Assembly (NCBI GenBank): GCA_016748015.1
Contig: JAAOMT010000741.1
Location: forward strand, 248,001-312,000
Direction of reading: 5' to 3'
Length of the DNA: 64,000 nucleotides
Source of the DNA: Geosiphon pyriformis uo1
Taxonomy: Eukaryota; Fungi; Glomeromycota
Shown here one piece after another: positions 12,791 to 23,990 of this stretch (its first letter is position 1; every line of letters starts with the position of its first letter). Under the pieces are notes generated by a model. That model saw only the letters and a list, made by a program, of their open reading frames with translations, had not been told where the DNA came from and made no database searches. A program made the position numbers and the translations under genes.

Positions 12791-14745
12791 TGAGATGGAG
12801 GAAAAGCCAACGAACCTGATCCAGAACGCAGATAATCCAATCTATCCAAGACCGAGCGAACTGAAGCCTCAAGAGCCATCATATTCAACTCCAAACCACC
12901 AATCTTGGTAGTCAAAACCTTAGAACTGCTCGGACTGAAATCAACAACTGACCCACCAACATTAGGAGAAGAAGAGACAGACGACAACAACGTGCTATTC
13001 AAATCCAAACCTGATTCCATATCTGAAACAACGGCAGTTGGAGACACCAAAGGAAGAGCTGAGGGAGAAGACGCCAATGGCACCAAGTCAACAAAACTCA
13101 ACTTCTTTAAAATGAGTGAGACTTGATCTGAGAGAATTTCTATGGAGTGTTCCAGCACAGCTAAGTGACCACCTAGATCAGCGGCACCAGACGAGGAGGA
13201 ATCCATTGAGACAGCCTTCGAACCAGAGACCAAACTGACACCAGGAGCACCCGAAGAGACAACACGAGAGGGACAACTGCCTGCCACTTGGGCCCACGTC
13301 TTCCCACCAAAAGAAACTGGACGAGCGACAGAAGCCGACTTCTTCTTATATATCCCAGCTAGACGAACCCGATCTTGCTCAGAAACCACCCTCCTTCCTC
13401 GAACACCAGAATACACACCCAAGGAACAATTGACCAAAACATGACCAAATTGTTTACAATGAGCACAACTGGCCAAAGAGAGACCAGCCCAACGCAAACT
13501 CACATTTCTGAAAACTGGAACGGTACCAATAGCAGCCAACTTGGATGCCTCATTACCAAAACAAATTACAGCACATCTATCACGAACATATGAACTAGGT
13601 TTACAGCCGATATAACAAGTCTTTCCACTATATGATTCCAACAAATTGGAGAGGTCATGAGCATTAGTGCCAACTAGAAGAGTATAAAGTAAAGCCCGAT
13701 GCTGATCCCTCGATACCCACGTTTGTTTATCAATATTTGCTTTTGCCATGCAGACAGAATCCTTTCCCATGAGCACAGACCATCTAACTGCGACCAAATC
13801 AGCCATCTCAGATGAATCATATTCCACCAGGGCCTTTTGCCAAAGACCAATAAGCTGCACTTTGATTGAAACAATCTTGCCAAACTTGGAGAACACCGTC
13901 TCAATTGCCGATTTGGGAAGATTTACTGGGATTTCCTTGATGATCACCTTCCGATCTGAATGGCTGTTTACTTTTCTTAGATCATCATTTACCAATATTT
14001 TTTCACAGATCGCCAACTCTCTGGCCTTAACCAAACTAGACTCACTTGTAAAAGTTGACCTAATGACTTCAGGAAATTTTGAGGGAGTTGAAGCACTCCC
14101 AAAACCGTCAATTTTATAAAAAATCTTTTTGACCTTAAATAACTTATCACTATTTGACTTTCCAGGCACAGCTGACAACTCCACATCTAAAGCAAAAGAT
14201 TTTACTGGCTCGAAACGACGACACTCTAAACCACATGACTTGGGCAGCGGCAACTGATTGGACTCAACAAACGTGCGAGAAGGGAGCTCTAAAACACTAT
14301 TGTCGTCATTTTCCAGGTTGAAAGAAGGTTGTTTCGGCGGCTTGCCTAAGACATACGTCCTCGTCCTTGTCTTCCTCGGAGTAATGTCATCCATCAAGTT
14401 GTCATTTCCAGAGGCGTTGGAATCGATGTAACTAGTTTCTTCGACAACCAAGTTTTCCATATCCTCCAAGTCGGACACCTCGCTGATGTTGTTACTCTTG
14501 TTCTCCACTTCACTACCCCAAGATGCCTTACGTTCACTGCCATCAGCCAGCAATGGGTCCGCATACAAAAGTCCAGCTAAAGAATCTACCACGGTACCGA
14601 ACACGACAGGTTTCCTCACTTTCTTGAAAGAGACACCACGAGAGTAAACACTCTCAACGCGAGCCTTCTTCTTAGAGCCTGACCGGGACCCCAACCCAGT
14701 CGAAATCGAGCCTGAAACACCAGCAGAAGAGCCAGCCGGATCCAT
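12787..14745 (-). CDS. LINE-A ORF1 (RRM-like domains plus CCHC zinc knuckle), uninterrupted
   Basis: Open frame of ~652 aa from ATG 14745; RRM-like VIIKEIPVNLPKSAIETVFSKFGKIVSIKVQL; knuckle CAHCKQFGHVLVNC; C-terminal coiled-coil-like segment. Confidence 0.88.
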   Translation of the reverse strand: MDPAGSSAGVSGSISTGLGSRSGSKKKARVESVYSRGVSFKKVRKPVVFGTVVDSLAGLLYADPLLADGSERKASWGSEVENKSNNISEVSDLEDMENLVVEETSYIDSNASGNDNLMDDITPRKTRTRTYVLGKPPKQPSFNLENDDNSVLELPSRTFVESNQLPLPKSCGLECRRFEPVKSFALDVELSAVPGKSNSDKLFKVKKIFYKIDGFGSASTPSKFPEVIRSTFTSESSLVKARELAICEKILVNDDLRKVNSHSDRKVIIKEIPVNLPKSAIETVFSKFGKIVSIKVQLIGLWQKALVEYDSSEMADLVAVRWSVLMGKDSVCMAKANIDKQTWVSRDQHRALLYTLLVGTNAHDLSNLLESYSGKTCYIGCKPSSYVRDRCAVICFGNEASKLAAIGTVPVFRNVSLRWAGLSLASCAHCKQFGHVLVNCSLGVYSGVRGRRVVSEQDRVRLAGIYKKKSASVARPVSFGGKTWAQVAGSCPSRVVSSGAPGVSLVSGSKAVSMDSSSSGAADLGGHLAVLEHSIEILSDQVSLILKKLSFVDLVPLASSPSALPLVSPTAVVSDMESGLDLNSTLLSSVSSSPNVGGSVVDFSPSSSKVLTTKIGGLELNMMALEASVRSVLDRLDYLRSGSGSLAFPPSQ

Positions 14746-15394
14746 AGTCACAAATATAAGTGTGTCCAGAGAAATAGCGATGAAAACAAAAGGGAAAAGG
14801 AATAAAGGAAATGTATTTCTTTGGTAGAATAACTTTGCTCTCGGTGTGGCCAGGGGATTGACGAGAGAAAGATTTATTTGTTAATTTTTTAATGTTTATA
14901 ATTTTTTAATATTTGAATTTGATTCTAAATAATAATTTCTTTATTTAAATGTATTTGCTAAAATTAATTTTAATTAATATATAATTAAGTTATTTAATAT
15001 GTTAAATTTTAATTAAATATTTCCAATTCTAAAAGCAAACAAATAATATTTTTATGCATAATTTCAATCAATTAAATATTTAAGTTATTTAATTTTAAAT
15101 TTAACTAATAAAAAATATTTATTAATTATTAAAAGTTTTTTGGTAAAATAACTTTTATTTTAATATTAAATAAAACTACAAAAATTAAATTGGCTTATAT
15201 TAAGACTGTATTTTAGTTTTTATATAATTTTTTTGGTTTGAAATTAATTATTAAAAACAATAATCAACTTTTTTATATAAAGTTTATATTTTAAGTCTTT
15301 TTTTTAAATATTATTATTTAAATTAAGTTTACTAAATTATTTTTTTTTGTTATTTTTAAAATTACAAAATTTTTATTATTATTACTATTTATAA

Positions 15395-17040
15395 TTTTTT
15401 TTTTATTCGTTTAATGAGTGAAGTCCAAATACTACTTAGTGATAATACATCAAAATAATAATCTATACTAGATATGAATCATGCTTTTTCTACACATAAT
15501 TAGTCACTCAAGCTAACCAGAACTACACTATACACCCACGTACACAGAAACCAAATTACCAATATCCAAAAAAAATCAACAAGAACTGTGCAGCCCAAAA
15601 CTAACACCAAATATATTATCAATACCAAATAACCTAATTATTTTGACTGAAAGCATTGACATACCACCAGACACCAAGACAGGAATCAAACTATTGCAAG
15701 AAATCAAATCATATTTCTTTATAAAAGCATAATGCTTAGAGTAGACCAGCCAAATATTATTTCTAAAAGACAGGCATAAACCACAAACAAATTCAACTAT
15801 CTTATCAGATGCAATTTTAAAGTCATCAAAGCAGAAAGTGGCCTCCTGGTACCAAGCCTCAAGCATAAAACCTTTGCACAGCAAAACAATCAGACTTAAA
15901 TTAGCCAAACAATTGGATAACATTTGCAATACATGAGAAAAGACATAAGACAGACTAGACATAGCTCTCCAAGCAGAAGCAAAATCAATAAACAACCAAA
16001 CTCAAGCAGCTACATCAAATGCACAAGAAAAAACATGGTCTGACATTTCGACATCGCCACAATACAGACATACTACACTGGAATAATGTTTATTATAGAG
16101 ATATTTGTAAACAGCAACAGGCAGTCTATGATGTAAAGCTTTTATAAAATAGGAATGAGAGCCAGCAAAGTGGTAACTTGTAAAGCCAGCAGTCATGTGA
16201 GAATCAGGATGTCAAACAAGAGATGACCTAAATCAATTAATATCTATAAGCAGATAACTGTCCACAATTTTGGCATCAGAGCCTAATTCCCAGCATATAT
16301 GATGAATAGACCAAAAAATTTCATAAACAAAGTGTTTAGAGTTTTCAGAAACAATACTGCCATTAGCCAAAACAAAACATTTTTTAAGCCAGGGAGGAAG
16401 GAGCTGACCAGAATGAAAAGAAACACCAGCAAACAAATTAACTTGATTATTATCTAAAACACTTGAGTGTTTTTTAACTTTATGCCAGTCAACATTCAAA
16501 TTTTTTTCATGTATGATACTAGCAATGTGTTGATACTTAACCCAACATTTGTTCTAAAAGTCCAGAACCAATAACAATAATTCAAATTTACATGCATCCA
16601 AAGCAGCTTGGCTGTCAAAAAATAGGTGGACTGAACTTGAACTAGGCATATACTTAAGGGCCAATGTAATGGCTTGAAGCTCCGCCAATGTGAAAAACAC
16701 TATGCCAGACACCTCCATTCTAAGACCTAAGTTGATGTTTTCAAAGAATGCAGTAGCACCAGCTTTTATATCAACATTCTTTAAGCTACAAAAAGAACTA
16801 TCTATGTACACAGAAAAGCTAGAAGCACCAATGCCAGACAACTGATCATGTACTGACCTAAACTCATGAAATTCAAAAATGTTCTTTGCAGTAGCATCAT
16901 TTAGAGGAAAAGAATTGGCATTAAGATAATCAGAATTATGAAGATGCTAAATGACAGTAACAAACCAGACAGGAACAGAACCATGTGGATCAAGTCTTTT
17001 CCACTACTTAAAAGTTTTCTAGTCAAAAACAGCATCATTC
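15395..17040 (-). mobile_element. 5'-truncated, decayed LINE (RNase H and C-terminal part of ORF2, 3' UTR, poly(A)) (LINE-B)
   Basis: Fragments VYIDSS, AELQAI, FFDSQAALDAC, WHKVKKHS, CLYCGDVEMSDHVFSC homologous to LINE-A; T-run at 15395-15404. Confidence 0.9.
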
Positions 17041-18319
17041 CAGGTGATTTAGAGCTTCCACTTGTTGTAAGTGATGATGTGTTTTCCAATTTATTGTCTC
17101 TTTAAAAACATGAGTCTGTTGATATTAAAACTGATTTTTTTAAAACTGCTGAATGGCTAGTTGGATTGGTTTCTTGCAGTGCAACTCTGTTTTTTGTTAT
17201 TCAAAAGATGTTGTCTTTGAATAAGTTTTTTTCTGTAGCATCAGCGTAGTGTGTCCTTGACTGGTCTGAGTGGCTGGCCACATTGTTACTCATAGAATAT
17301 AGGAAATATAGTATTATTAGTCAGTAGATATTAGCCAATCAGATGTAGACATAGTAAATGTGGAATTTCAAGATTACTCTCAGAGGAATTGCAGAATTCC
17401 AGGAATTTCAGAATTCTCCAACAAGAAATCACAGGATTCCAGAATTCCAGAATTCCTCTCATCAGGAATCGCAGGATTTCAGGAATTCCAGGATTCCTGT
17501 TGCAAGAAATTGAGGAATTGAGGAATCTCAAATATGTATATATAGCAGTAGCATTAGAAGCAGAAAAGAAAGGAGGAACACCAAAAATTCTTAGCTTAGT
17601 TACCATAATCCTCAAATAAATAATTATTTACTATATCAAATTTATTCTTCACTATCAACACTTTATGTTAATAGTAACTGATACTTAACCATACTAAAAC
17701 AATAGCTTTTGATCATGGCTATTGATGGGATACTAATTTGCAAATCGCCTTGGCTTATTTCTTATTTTTTCTTTTATCTTTCTTTATTTTCTTTGTTGTC
17801 TACTAACTTGATTAAAGGATTTACTCTTGGAGGACTTACAGAGGAATAAAACTTATTTAAAAAATACTTATTCTTAAAGGACTTACAGAGGAATAAACTT
17901 GCTTAAACAATACTTACTTTTGGAGGACTTACAGAAGAACTGACATCAGAAAACAGCACTGATATACACTTACAAAGGATATCATACCAGGAGAATCATC
18001 AACTACCAAGCTGAGCAAGCAATTGACAAAACTACGGTTTCAGAAAACTACGGATAAACTGTTACCATTGAATTTCTGTCTATTATACAAAGAACTCGAT
18101 TGGAAAACCTTCAGATAAAATACCTTCAGATTATCATCATCACCAATCGCTTTGTGTACCAAGTTACAGGTTTGTTATTCACTCAACACCTCAAAGAATC
18201 ACCTGTAACAACATGTAAAAAGTACATGATTAGCACCTAGTTTAGATTACTTAGTTTGATGTATTGTACTAGATAGCTTTTGGGCCTCATTCGTTAAACT
18301 CTAAAAAAAAAAAAAAAAA
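17041..18319 (+). mobile_element. 5'-truncated copy of the ORF1-only non-autonomous retroposon (N1), interrupted by a solo LTR
   Basis: 17041-17249 matches the C-terminus of the ORF of the 18425-30515 element (VVSDDVFSNLLSL..KTAEWLVGLV..VASA*). The shared 3' UTR follows, split at 17284-18210, with poly(A) at 18303-18319. Confidence 0.88.
17284..18210 (+). mobile_element. Solo LTR (927 bp), TSD ACAT/ACAT
   Basis: TGTTAC...GTAACA termini; ACAT at 17280-17283 and 18211-18214; the host 3' UTR rejoins seamlessly. CCAAT ~17335, TATA-like ~17538, GGAATTC-type repeats 17361-17500, three GGACTTACAGAGGAA-like repeats 17829-17938. Confidence 0.93.
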
Positions 18320-18528
18320 GTATAATTGTTTTAGTATAATTGTTTTAATATAAAATAAGATATCTATTTTTAATAAAGTTTTAAATAAAATTAATAAGAA
18401 GTTAATTAAGATTAAATATAAAAATTTTTTTTTATTAAGTTTTAATGAACGAGACCCAAAAGCTACCTAATACAATACATCAAACTAAGTAATTTAAACT
18501 AAGCATTAATTATGCACCTTTTACACAT

Positions 18529-19490
18529 TGTTACCAGAGATTTTTGGTCTCTTCTTAGCTCTTGTATGTTTATTGTAATGCTGTTAATTCATGACTATGG
18601 GAAGTGTTTGAACTTCCGATAACTGAATTTATCTTCAAATTATCTCCTATAATTTGAACTGCTGGGCTTATAAGTGGAATGACCAGTTCCATGCCAGTTG
18701 CTTTGTGTAGTTATGTTGTAATAAACATCAACTCTTTCCCAAAAATTGCTCGTCTGAAAGCTCACTAAAAATGTGTAGTTACTTTGCTGTGAAAGTCAAT
18801 TCTTCTACAGGAATCTCGTCTGTAGGCTACCCTAATGATTATAATAAGAAAATAAAAGAAAGAAAATAAAAGAAATGTAAAAAAAATAGAATTCTGTCAA
18901 GGGAAACGTTTTCTATTCAGGCCTGGAGTCACTAACAGTTTACTGAAATTGGTAGCTAATCAATTTCAAAACATTAGTTGGGTTTTGAGGATTTTCCAAG
19001 TGCAATAATTAAAGAATTTGGTTTTTTAAATTATTTGATATTTATTTCTTTTTGTGTGTGTAGGAATGGTTCTAAGTGATAAATCTAAAGTAAGATACAT
19101 TTTCTTGAAAAGAAAAGCTCTTCTTTTATATAACTTGTCATAACACTATTCTATGAACTTGAACTTTGCTCTTTTCTACAATTTCACTGAACTAAAGATA
19201 CATTTCGGCAAATTACAAGTTATTTCTGCGAACTATTAGATATTTTGGTGAATTATTAATTATTTTGGCAAATTTTTAAATGTTATATATTTCAGGGTAT
19301 TACATGATTGATCATTACACTTAGGTTACATTTGTGTTATGTACAAATTGGGTTATTAATTAAATGATAATTTCGGATATTTTGCTAATGTAATAAGTGA
19401 TAATTTGAAACAATAATATATGCTAATTAATGCTAAGATTTATAAGGGTAATTTCATGTTAAACAATATTTTTAATTTTGTCTGGTAACA
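18529..19490 (-). repeat. Gypsy-1 3' LTR (962 bp)
   Basis: Termini TGTTACCAGA...TCTGGTAACA (10-bp inverted repeat); direct repeat of 27345-28326; purine tract GAGGAGAAGGTTA at 19503-19491 (PPT). Confidence 0.95.
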
Positions 19491-19524
19491 TAACCTTCTC
19501 CTCAAGACTGAGCTCTGTCAAAGT

Positions 19525-20178
19525 CTAAGTACTGTCAGTAATTTCCAGATAATAATCCAAAATTATTGAAGAAATTTGGTCTGAAAATTGTTGAAATTTC
19601 AGTTCTGTGAGCTTTCTAATGTATTGAATCTTCAAAGGCTGTAAAATTGGGTTTTGTAGGACGTTTTTACAGATGTGAAATAGGTTATAAAGTCTAAGAG
19701 CAGCTCTTAGTTTATAATAACTGTTTGTAGGTCCAGTTGTTGTCTTGAATTCATTGTGGAATTGTTTCCGAATAGCTTCTTTTGTGAAATTTGCTGCTGT
19801 AAGCTCCCGTTTTTGTTCATGAAGTGTTTTTCTAATATAGAAATATCTATATATTGGAGTATAGTTGTAGTTTTCTTTATTAAGACACAGTTGAAGTTTT
19901 TGTTGAATAGTAGTATTTGGTGGAATACTAATAGGAATAAGCATTAAGTTTTCTTTTAAAGCAAGCTTTAAAAGTTTTGGCAGATGAATTCTAGAATAAC
20001 TTCTTGTGTTCTTCTTATATGGGTGATATTTTCGTGAATTTGGGGCTAAATCTGTAACTACTTTTGTTTGAATATAATTAATGTGGTTTCCAGTAACAGT
20101 AATGGATAATTTGGGTATTGTTTTTAAAGCTAACATTAGTTTTTGGGATAATTGTTGAATGTTTTAAGGAATAGTCAT
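19525..20178 (-). pseudogene. Gypsy-1 ORF3 in the env position, unknown function
   Basis: ATG 20178, one in-frame TAA at 20164-20166 (likely from CAA), then ~213 open codons; lies between the integrase stop (20301) and the PPT. Confidence 0.7.
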
Positions 20179-20300
20179 TATAAAAGATTTGAAAATAAAA
20201 GAAAATTATTTTTGGTGTATAGGTTTTTATGTTATTTTTGCTTTGTTTTTGTGAGATTGTTTCTAAATTATAAGAAGATAACTATAATAATAAATTTAAG

Positions 20301-23110
20301 TTAAGTGTTCAAGTTGGAAGATTGTTCAATAACAACTATTGGTTCTAAATTTTGGGGAATATCTTCGGGATTGATTAAAAGGGAATGTGTACCAATTTGT
20401 GGAATTAATAGTTCAGAATTGTTTCTGGAATTATAGTGTTTTAAATGATCTCTATGTGCAACTTTTGTTAGGATTTTGTCATCAAGTCTTAGCTTGTATG
20501 ATCTGTTGTCTAGGACTTTATGGATAAAGAATGGTCCATCCCATTTATTTTTAAATTTTCCACTTTATTGTTTTTCAGCTTTAGTTCTGTGTAAGAGAAC
20601 TTTGTTTCTGATTTTAAATTTATTGGTAACTGGAGGCAATTTGTTGTCATGCTGTTCTTTTTGTTAAGCTTAGGAGTATTTAATATGGGTGGCTGCTATT
20701 CGTCATTTTCCTTCCAATGTGCTAAGCAGAATATAGGCTCTTCGTTGTAGTGTTTCCTAAAAGTTGTCTCTATTAATTGGTTGTACTGGATATGTTTCTA
20801 TTGTGAAACTAATTGGTAATGTTGCTGTCTTTCTATAGGTTAAATCAAATGGTGTGTGTTTTGTGGTATCTTGTTTTAGTGTTCTATATGCTAGTAACAC
20901 TAATGGAATAAAGAGATCTCATTCTTGCTCAAAATTGGTTGAGACTTTGGCTAATAATTCACACAATGTTCTGTTGAAATGTTCTACAAATCCATTTGTT
21001 TGTGAATGGTAGGGCAAAGATAATGGTCTCTTGATATTAAATCGTCCACAAATTTCCTGGATTAAATTGTTCACAAAATGTGTTCTTTGATCAGATAAAA
21101 GTTCTATTAGGCATCCATGTCTACAAATGATGTCTTCGTAGATAAAATTTGCTACTGATTTCACATCTGCTCATTGAATGGCTCTGGCTTTAGGCCATTT
21201 GGTGAAATAGTCTACAGCTACTGCAATATAACAGTTTTTTTGGTTTGTGATAGGTAGTGGTCTGACTAAATCGATACCAACTCAGTCAAAAGACTGTCCA
21301 ACTTTGATTGAATTTAAAGATTTTATAGGGCAAGTTCCTCCTCTTCTTTGACAACTATCATAAGACTTAACGTATTCATGAATGTCTTTTCTCATTTGAG
21401 GCCAAAAGTAATATTCTAGTGTTCTCTGGGTAGTGCTGTCTTTTCCTAAGTGTGCTGATGAAAAATCTGAGTACATGTTATATAAAATGGTTTTTTTTTC
21501 ATGTTCTTATATTAATCTGAGTGAATTGTCTGGGTTTCTGAAGTTTTGATAATAAATCATGTTATTGTGTAAGAAGTATTGTTTGGCTTGTTGTTGTAAC
21601 TGATGTTTTTTATCTGAGGACCAATCTGTTGAAATTGTTAATATTTTCAAATATTGTTTAAGATTGTTGTAGTTTTCGGAGTTCATTGTTTGTTGTTTTG
21701 TTGTTAATTCAAATGGGTGTTGATTTTGTATTCTAATCTTGTCTTATTCTTGAGAGACAATCAACGTTGGTATAGAGTTTTCCTGGTTTGTAGTGTACAA
21801 TATATCAGTAGTTGGCTAAAAATCCTGTTCATTGGATTTGTTTTACATTCAGCTGAGTGTTTTTGTTCTGAAGCCATTTGAGTCCAATATTATCAGTAAT
21901 AATATCAAATTCTTTGGGTCTGAGATAAAGGTTGAAGTAATATAGGGCCCAGATTACTGCTGTAGTTTCTAATTTTGTTGCAGAGTAGTTCTTTTTGGCT
22001 GGTTTCAATGTTCTGCTAACATAAGCAATTACTCGCTCATTTCCATTGTCATCTAACTGTAATAGGATGGCACCAAAGGTGGTATAAGAGGCATCTGTTG
22101 CTAACCAGAATTGGTTGCTAAAATCTGGGTAGGTGAGAATTGGAGCTGTTATTAGTTTTTCTTTGAGGATTTCAAATGCGTTTTGGTGTTTAGCAGTCCA
22201 TTTGTATTTGACGTTTTTTGTGATAAGCTGGTTGAGAGGTTTTGTGATTTCTGAGAATTCTTTGATAAACTTCTGATAGTAGGAGATTAACCCTATGAAT
22301 CTTCTTAGTTCTGTAGTGTTTTGAGAAGTTTTGAAGTTTTTGACAGTGCTAATTTTTCCAGGGTCTGGTTTGATTCCATTTTTACTAACAATATGACCAA
22401 GGAAAGCCAAGCTTGTTTTTCCAAAGTAGCATTTTTCAATGTTGAGTTTCAGTCCTGCTTTTTGTAATCATTAAAAAACTTCTCACAGGTGTTTTAAGTG
22501 TAATTCGAACAATGAAGAATAAACATCAATATTGTCAAGATAAATGACTACTGACTTCCAAAGGAGGCCTTTGTAAACAATGTCCATGAGTCTTTGGAAT
22601 GTTGCTGGTATATTGCATAATTCGAAAGGCATTATGTTGAACTTGTAATTTCCTTTTTGAGTGGTGAATAATATTTTGGGGCAATCTTTGGGATCCATGA
22701 CAACTTGCCAGTATCTACTCTCTAAATCTAATGTTGAAAAGTATTTGGACTTCCCAAGAGCATCTAGCATGTCATCAATTTGGGGAAGAGGATAGGCATC
22801 TTCAATGATAACACTATTGAGTTGTCAATAATCAACACAAAATCGTATCTTTCCATTTTTCTTTTTAATTAAGACTACAGATAAAGCCCATGGATTCATT
22901 AATGTTTGAATAAGCTCATTGTTGAGCATTTATTGTACTTCTTTGCAGATAAATTGGTGACTTTCTGAAGCAACTCGGTAGGCTTGCTGTCATCTTGGTT
23001 TGACATCTTCTGTATAAATTTGGTGTTGAACCAAATCAGTTCTTCCTAAGTCATTGTTGTTTTCAGCAAAGATATCAGCAAATTCTGCAATTAGCTCTTT
23101 GAGCTGGCTC
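20301..23110 (-). pseudogene. Gypsy-1 RT, RNase H and integrase
   Basis: RFCVDY, AYPLPQIDDMLD, YFSTLDL, IMPF, YLDN (YxDD decayed); LATDAS, YSATKLE; IN AHLG..SYDSCQ, VGID, ICRHG..LLSD, YHSQTNG.VEHFN, WDGPF; many transition-type stops. Confidence 0.93.
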
Positions 23111-23574
23111 TGTTGTTGTGGTTCAAGTTGTCCCATGTTGATTCAAGATAGTTTTTCTATGACAACATGGTAGTTTTCAGAGCTGGGGTTTGGGTTGATT
23201 TTTGGTAGTAAATGTCCAATAATTTCAAAGAAATCGGGGACTGTTTGGGGTAATTCTTGTTGAAAAATATTACTGTGAATAACTCCAATTTTTAAGTTAT
23301 TTAATAAAACTATAGGGTAATTATTGGGGTTGTAAAAAGTAACTCAGACTTTCTTTGTTCCTTCTGGAATGTAAATATTTGGGATTGAAATATTATGTTT
23401 CAAGCAGATTCGTTCATTGGACTCAAAAATTTGTTGGGTGGTTGTTGGCTTTGGGCAGATATAGATTTTGGGGTGTTCTCCAAAAGGTGAAATAGTGATT
23501 GATTGGAAAAGACGTAAAATTTGGTGAGACTTATTCTGTTCATTGAGAGCTATGTTTACTGGAACTGTAAATCA

Positions 23575-23990
23575 TCCAGTTGAACCAAAATCTTGTGTTC
23601 TTCTTTTGCTTTTTCCCAATTGTTCTCTTTGATTGATTAACTGTAAGTCCAAAATGTTGATTAAGGGTAAATAGATAGCTTGGGCAATTTTTTCAGAATA
23701 TTCAATTTTGAAAGGTTTATTGGTTTCATTTTGGAGTATTACTGTTATGTCATCAGTATATCCAGCATCGATTATTCCTCCTCTGACATTGATTCCTTTG
23801 CTTGCCAGAGAGGACTGGAAGGTGATTTGAACTATTGCTCCTGGTAGGATTTCGAAGACAATTTTGAGATTGATTTTTGTGAGAGATTTGGGTTTGAGAA
23901 CAAAAGTATCCTTGTCTGGATATCTTAGGTCATATTCAGCATCAATTTCATGTGCTTTTTCAGGTTTTATTCCTTGTCCATTGTTGTTGA
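23575..23990 (-). pseudogene. dUTPase domain inside Gypsy-1 pol
   Basis: All five trimeric dUTPase motifs in order: DAEYDL, FQSSLA, GGIIDAGYTD, KIAQAI, RRTQDFGSTG. Confidence 0.92.

Larger units (their letters stand above)
7959..14872 (-). mobile_element. Full-length, young L1-like LINE with RNase H (LINE-A)
   Basis: Pyrimidine-rich 5' UTR ~14872-14746, ORF1, ORF2 (APE-RT-RNase H-zinc finger), 3' UTR 8105-7982, poly(A) seen as a T-run at 7959-7978. Confidence 0.95.

Noticed and set aside
8907-14119. Numerous + strand ORFs antisense to LINE-A
   Set aside because: Shadow ORFs of a G/T-rich coding strand; no domains.
7940-14890. Target-site duplication for LINE-A
   Set aside because: The flanks are low-complexity A/T, so no TSD can be called reliably.
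17331-17619. ORFs on both strands within the solo LTR
   Set aside because: They arise from quasi-palindromic GAATTC repeats and are not preserved in the related LTR at 38577.
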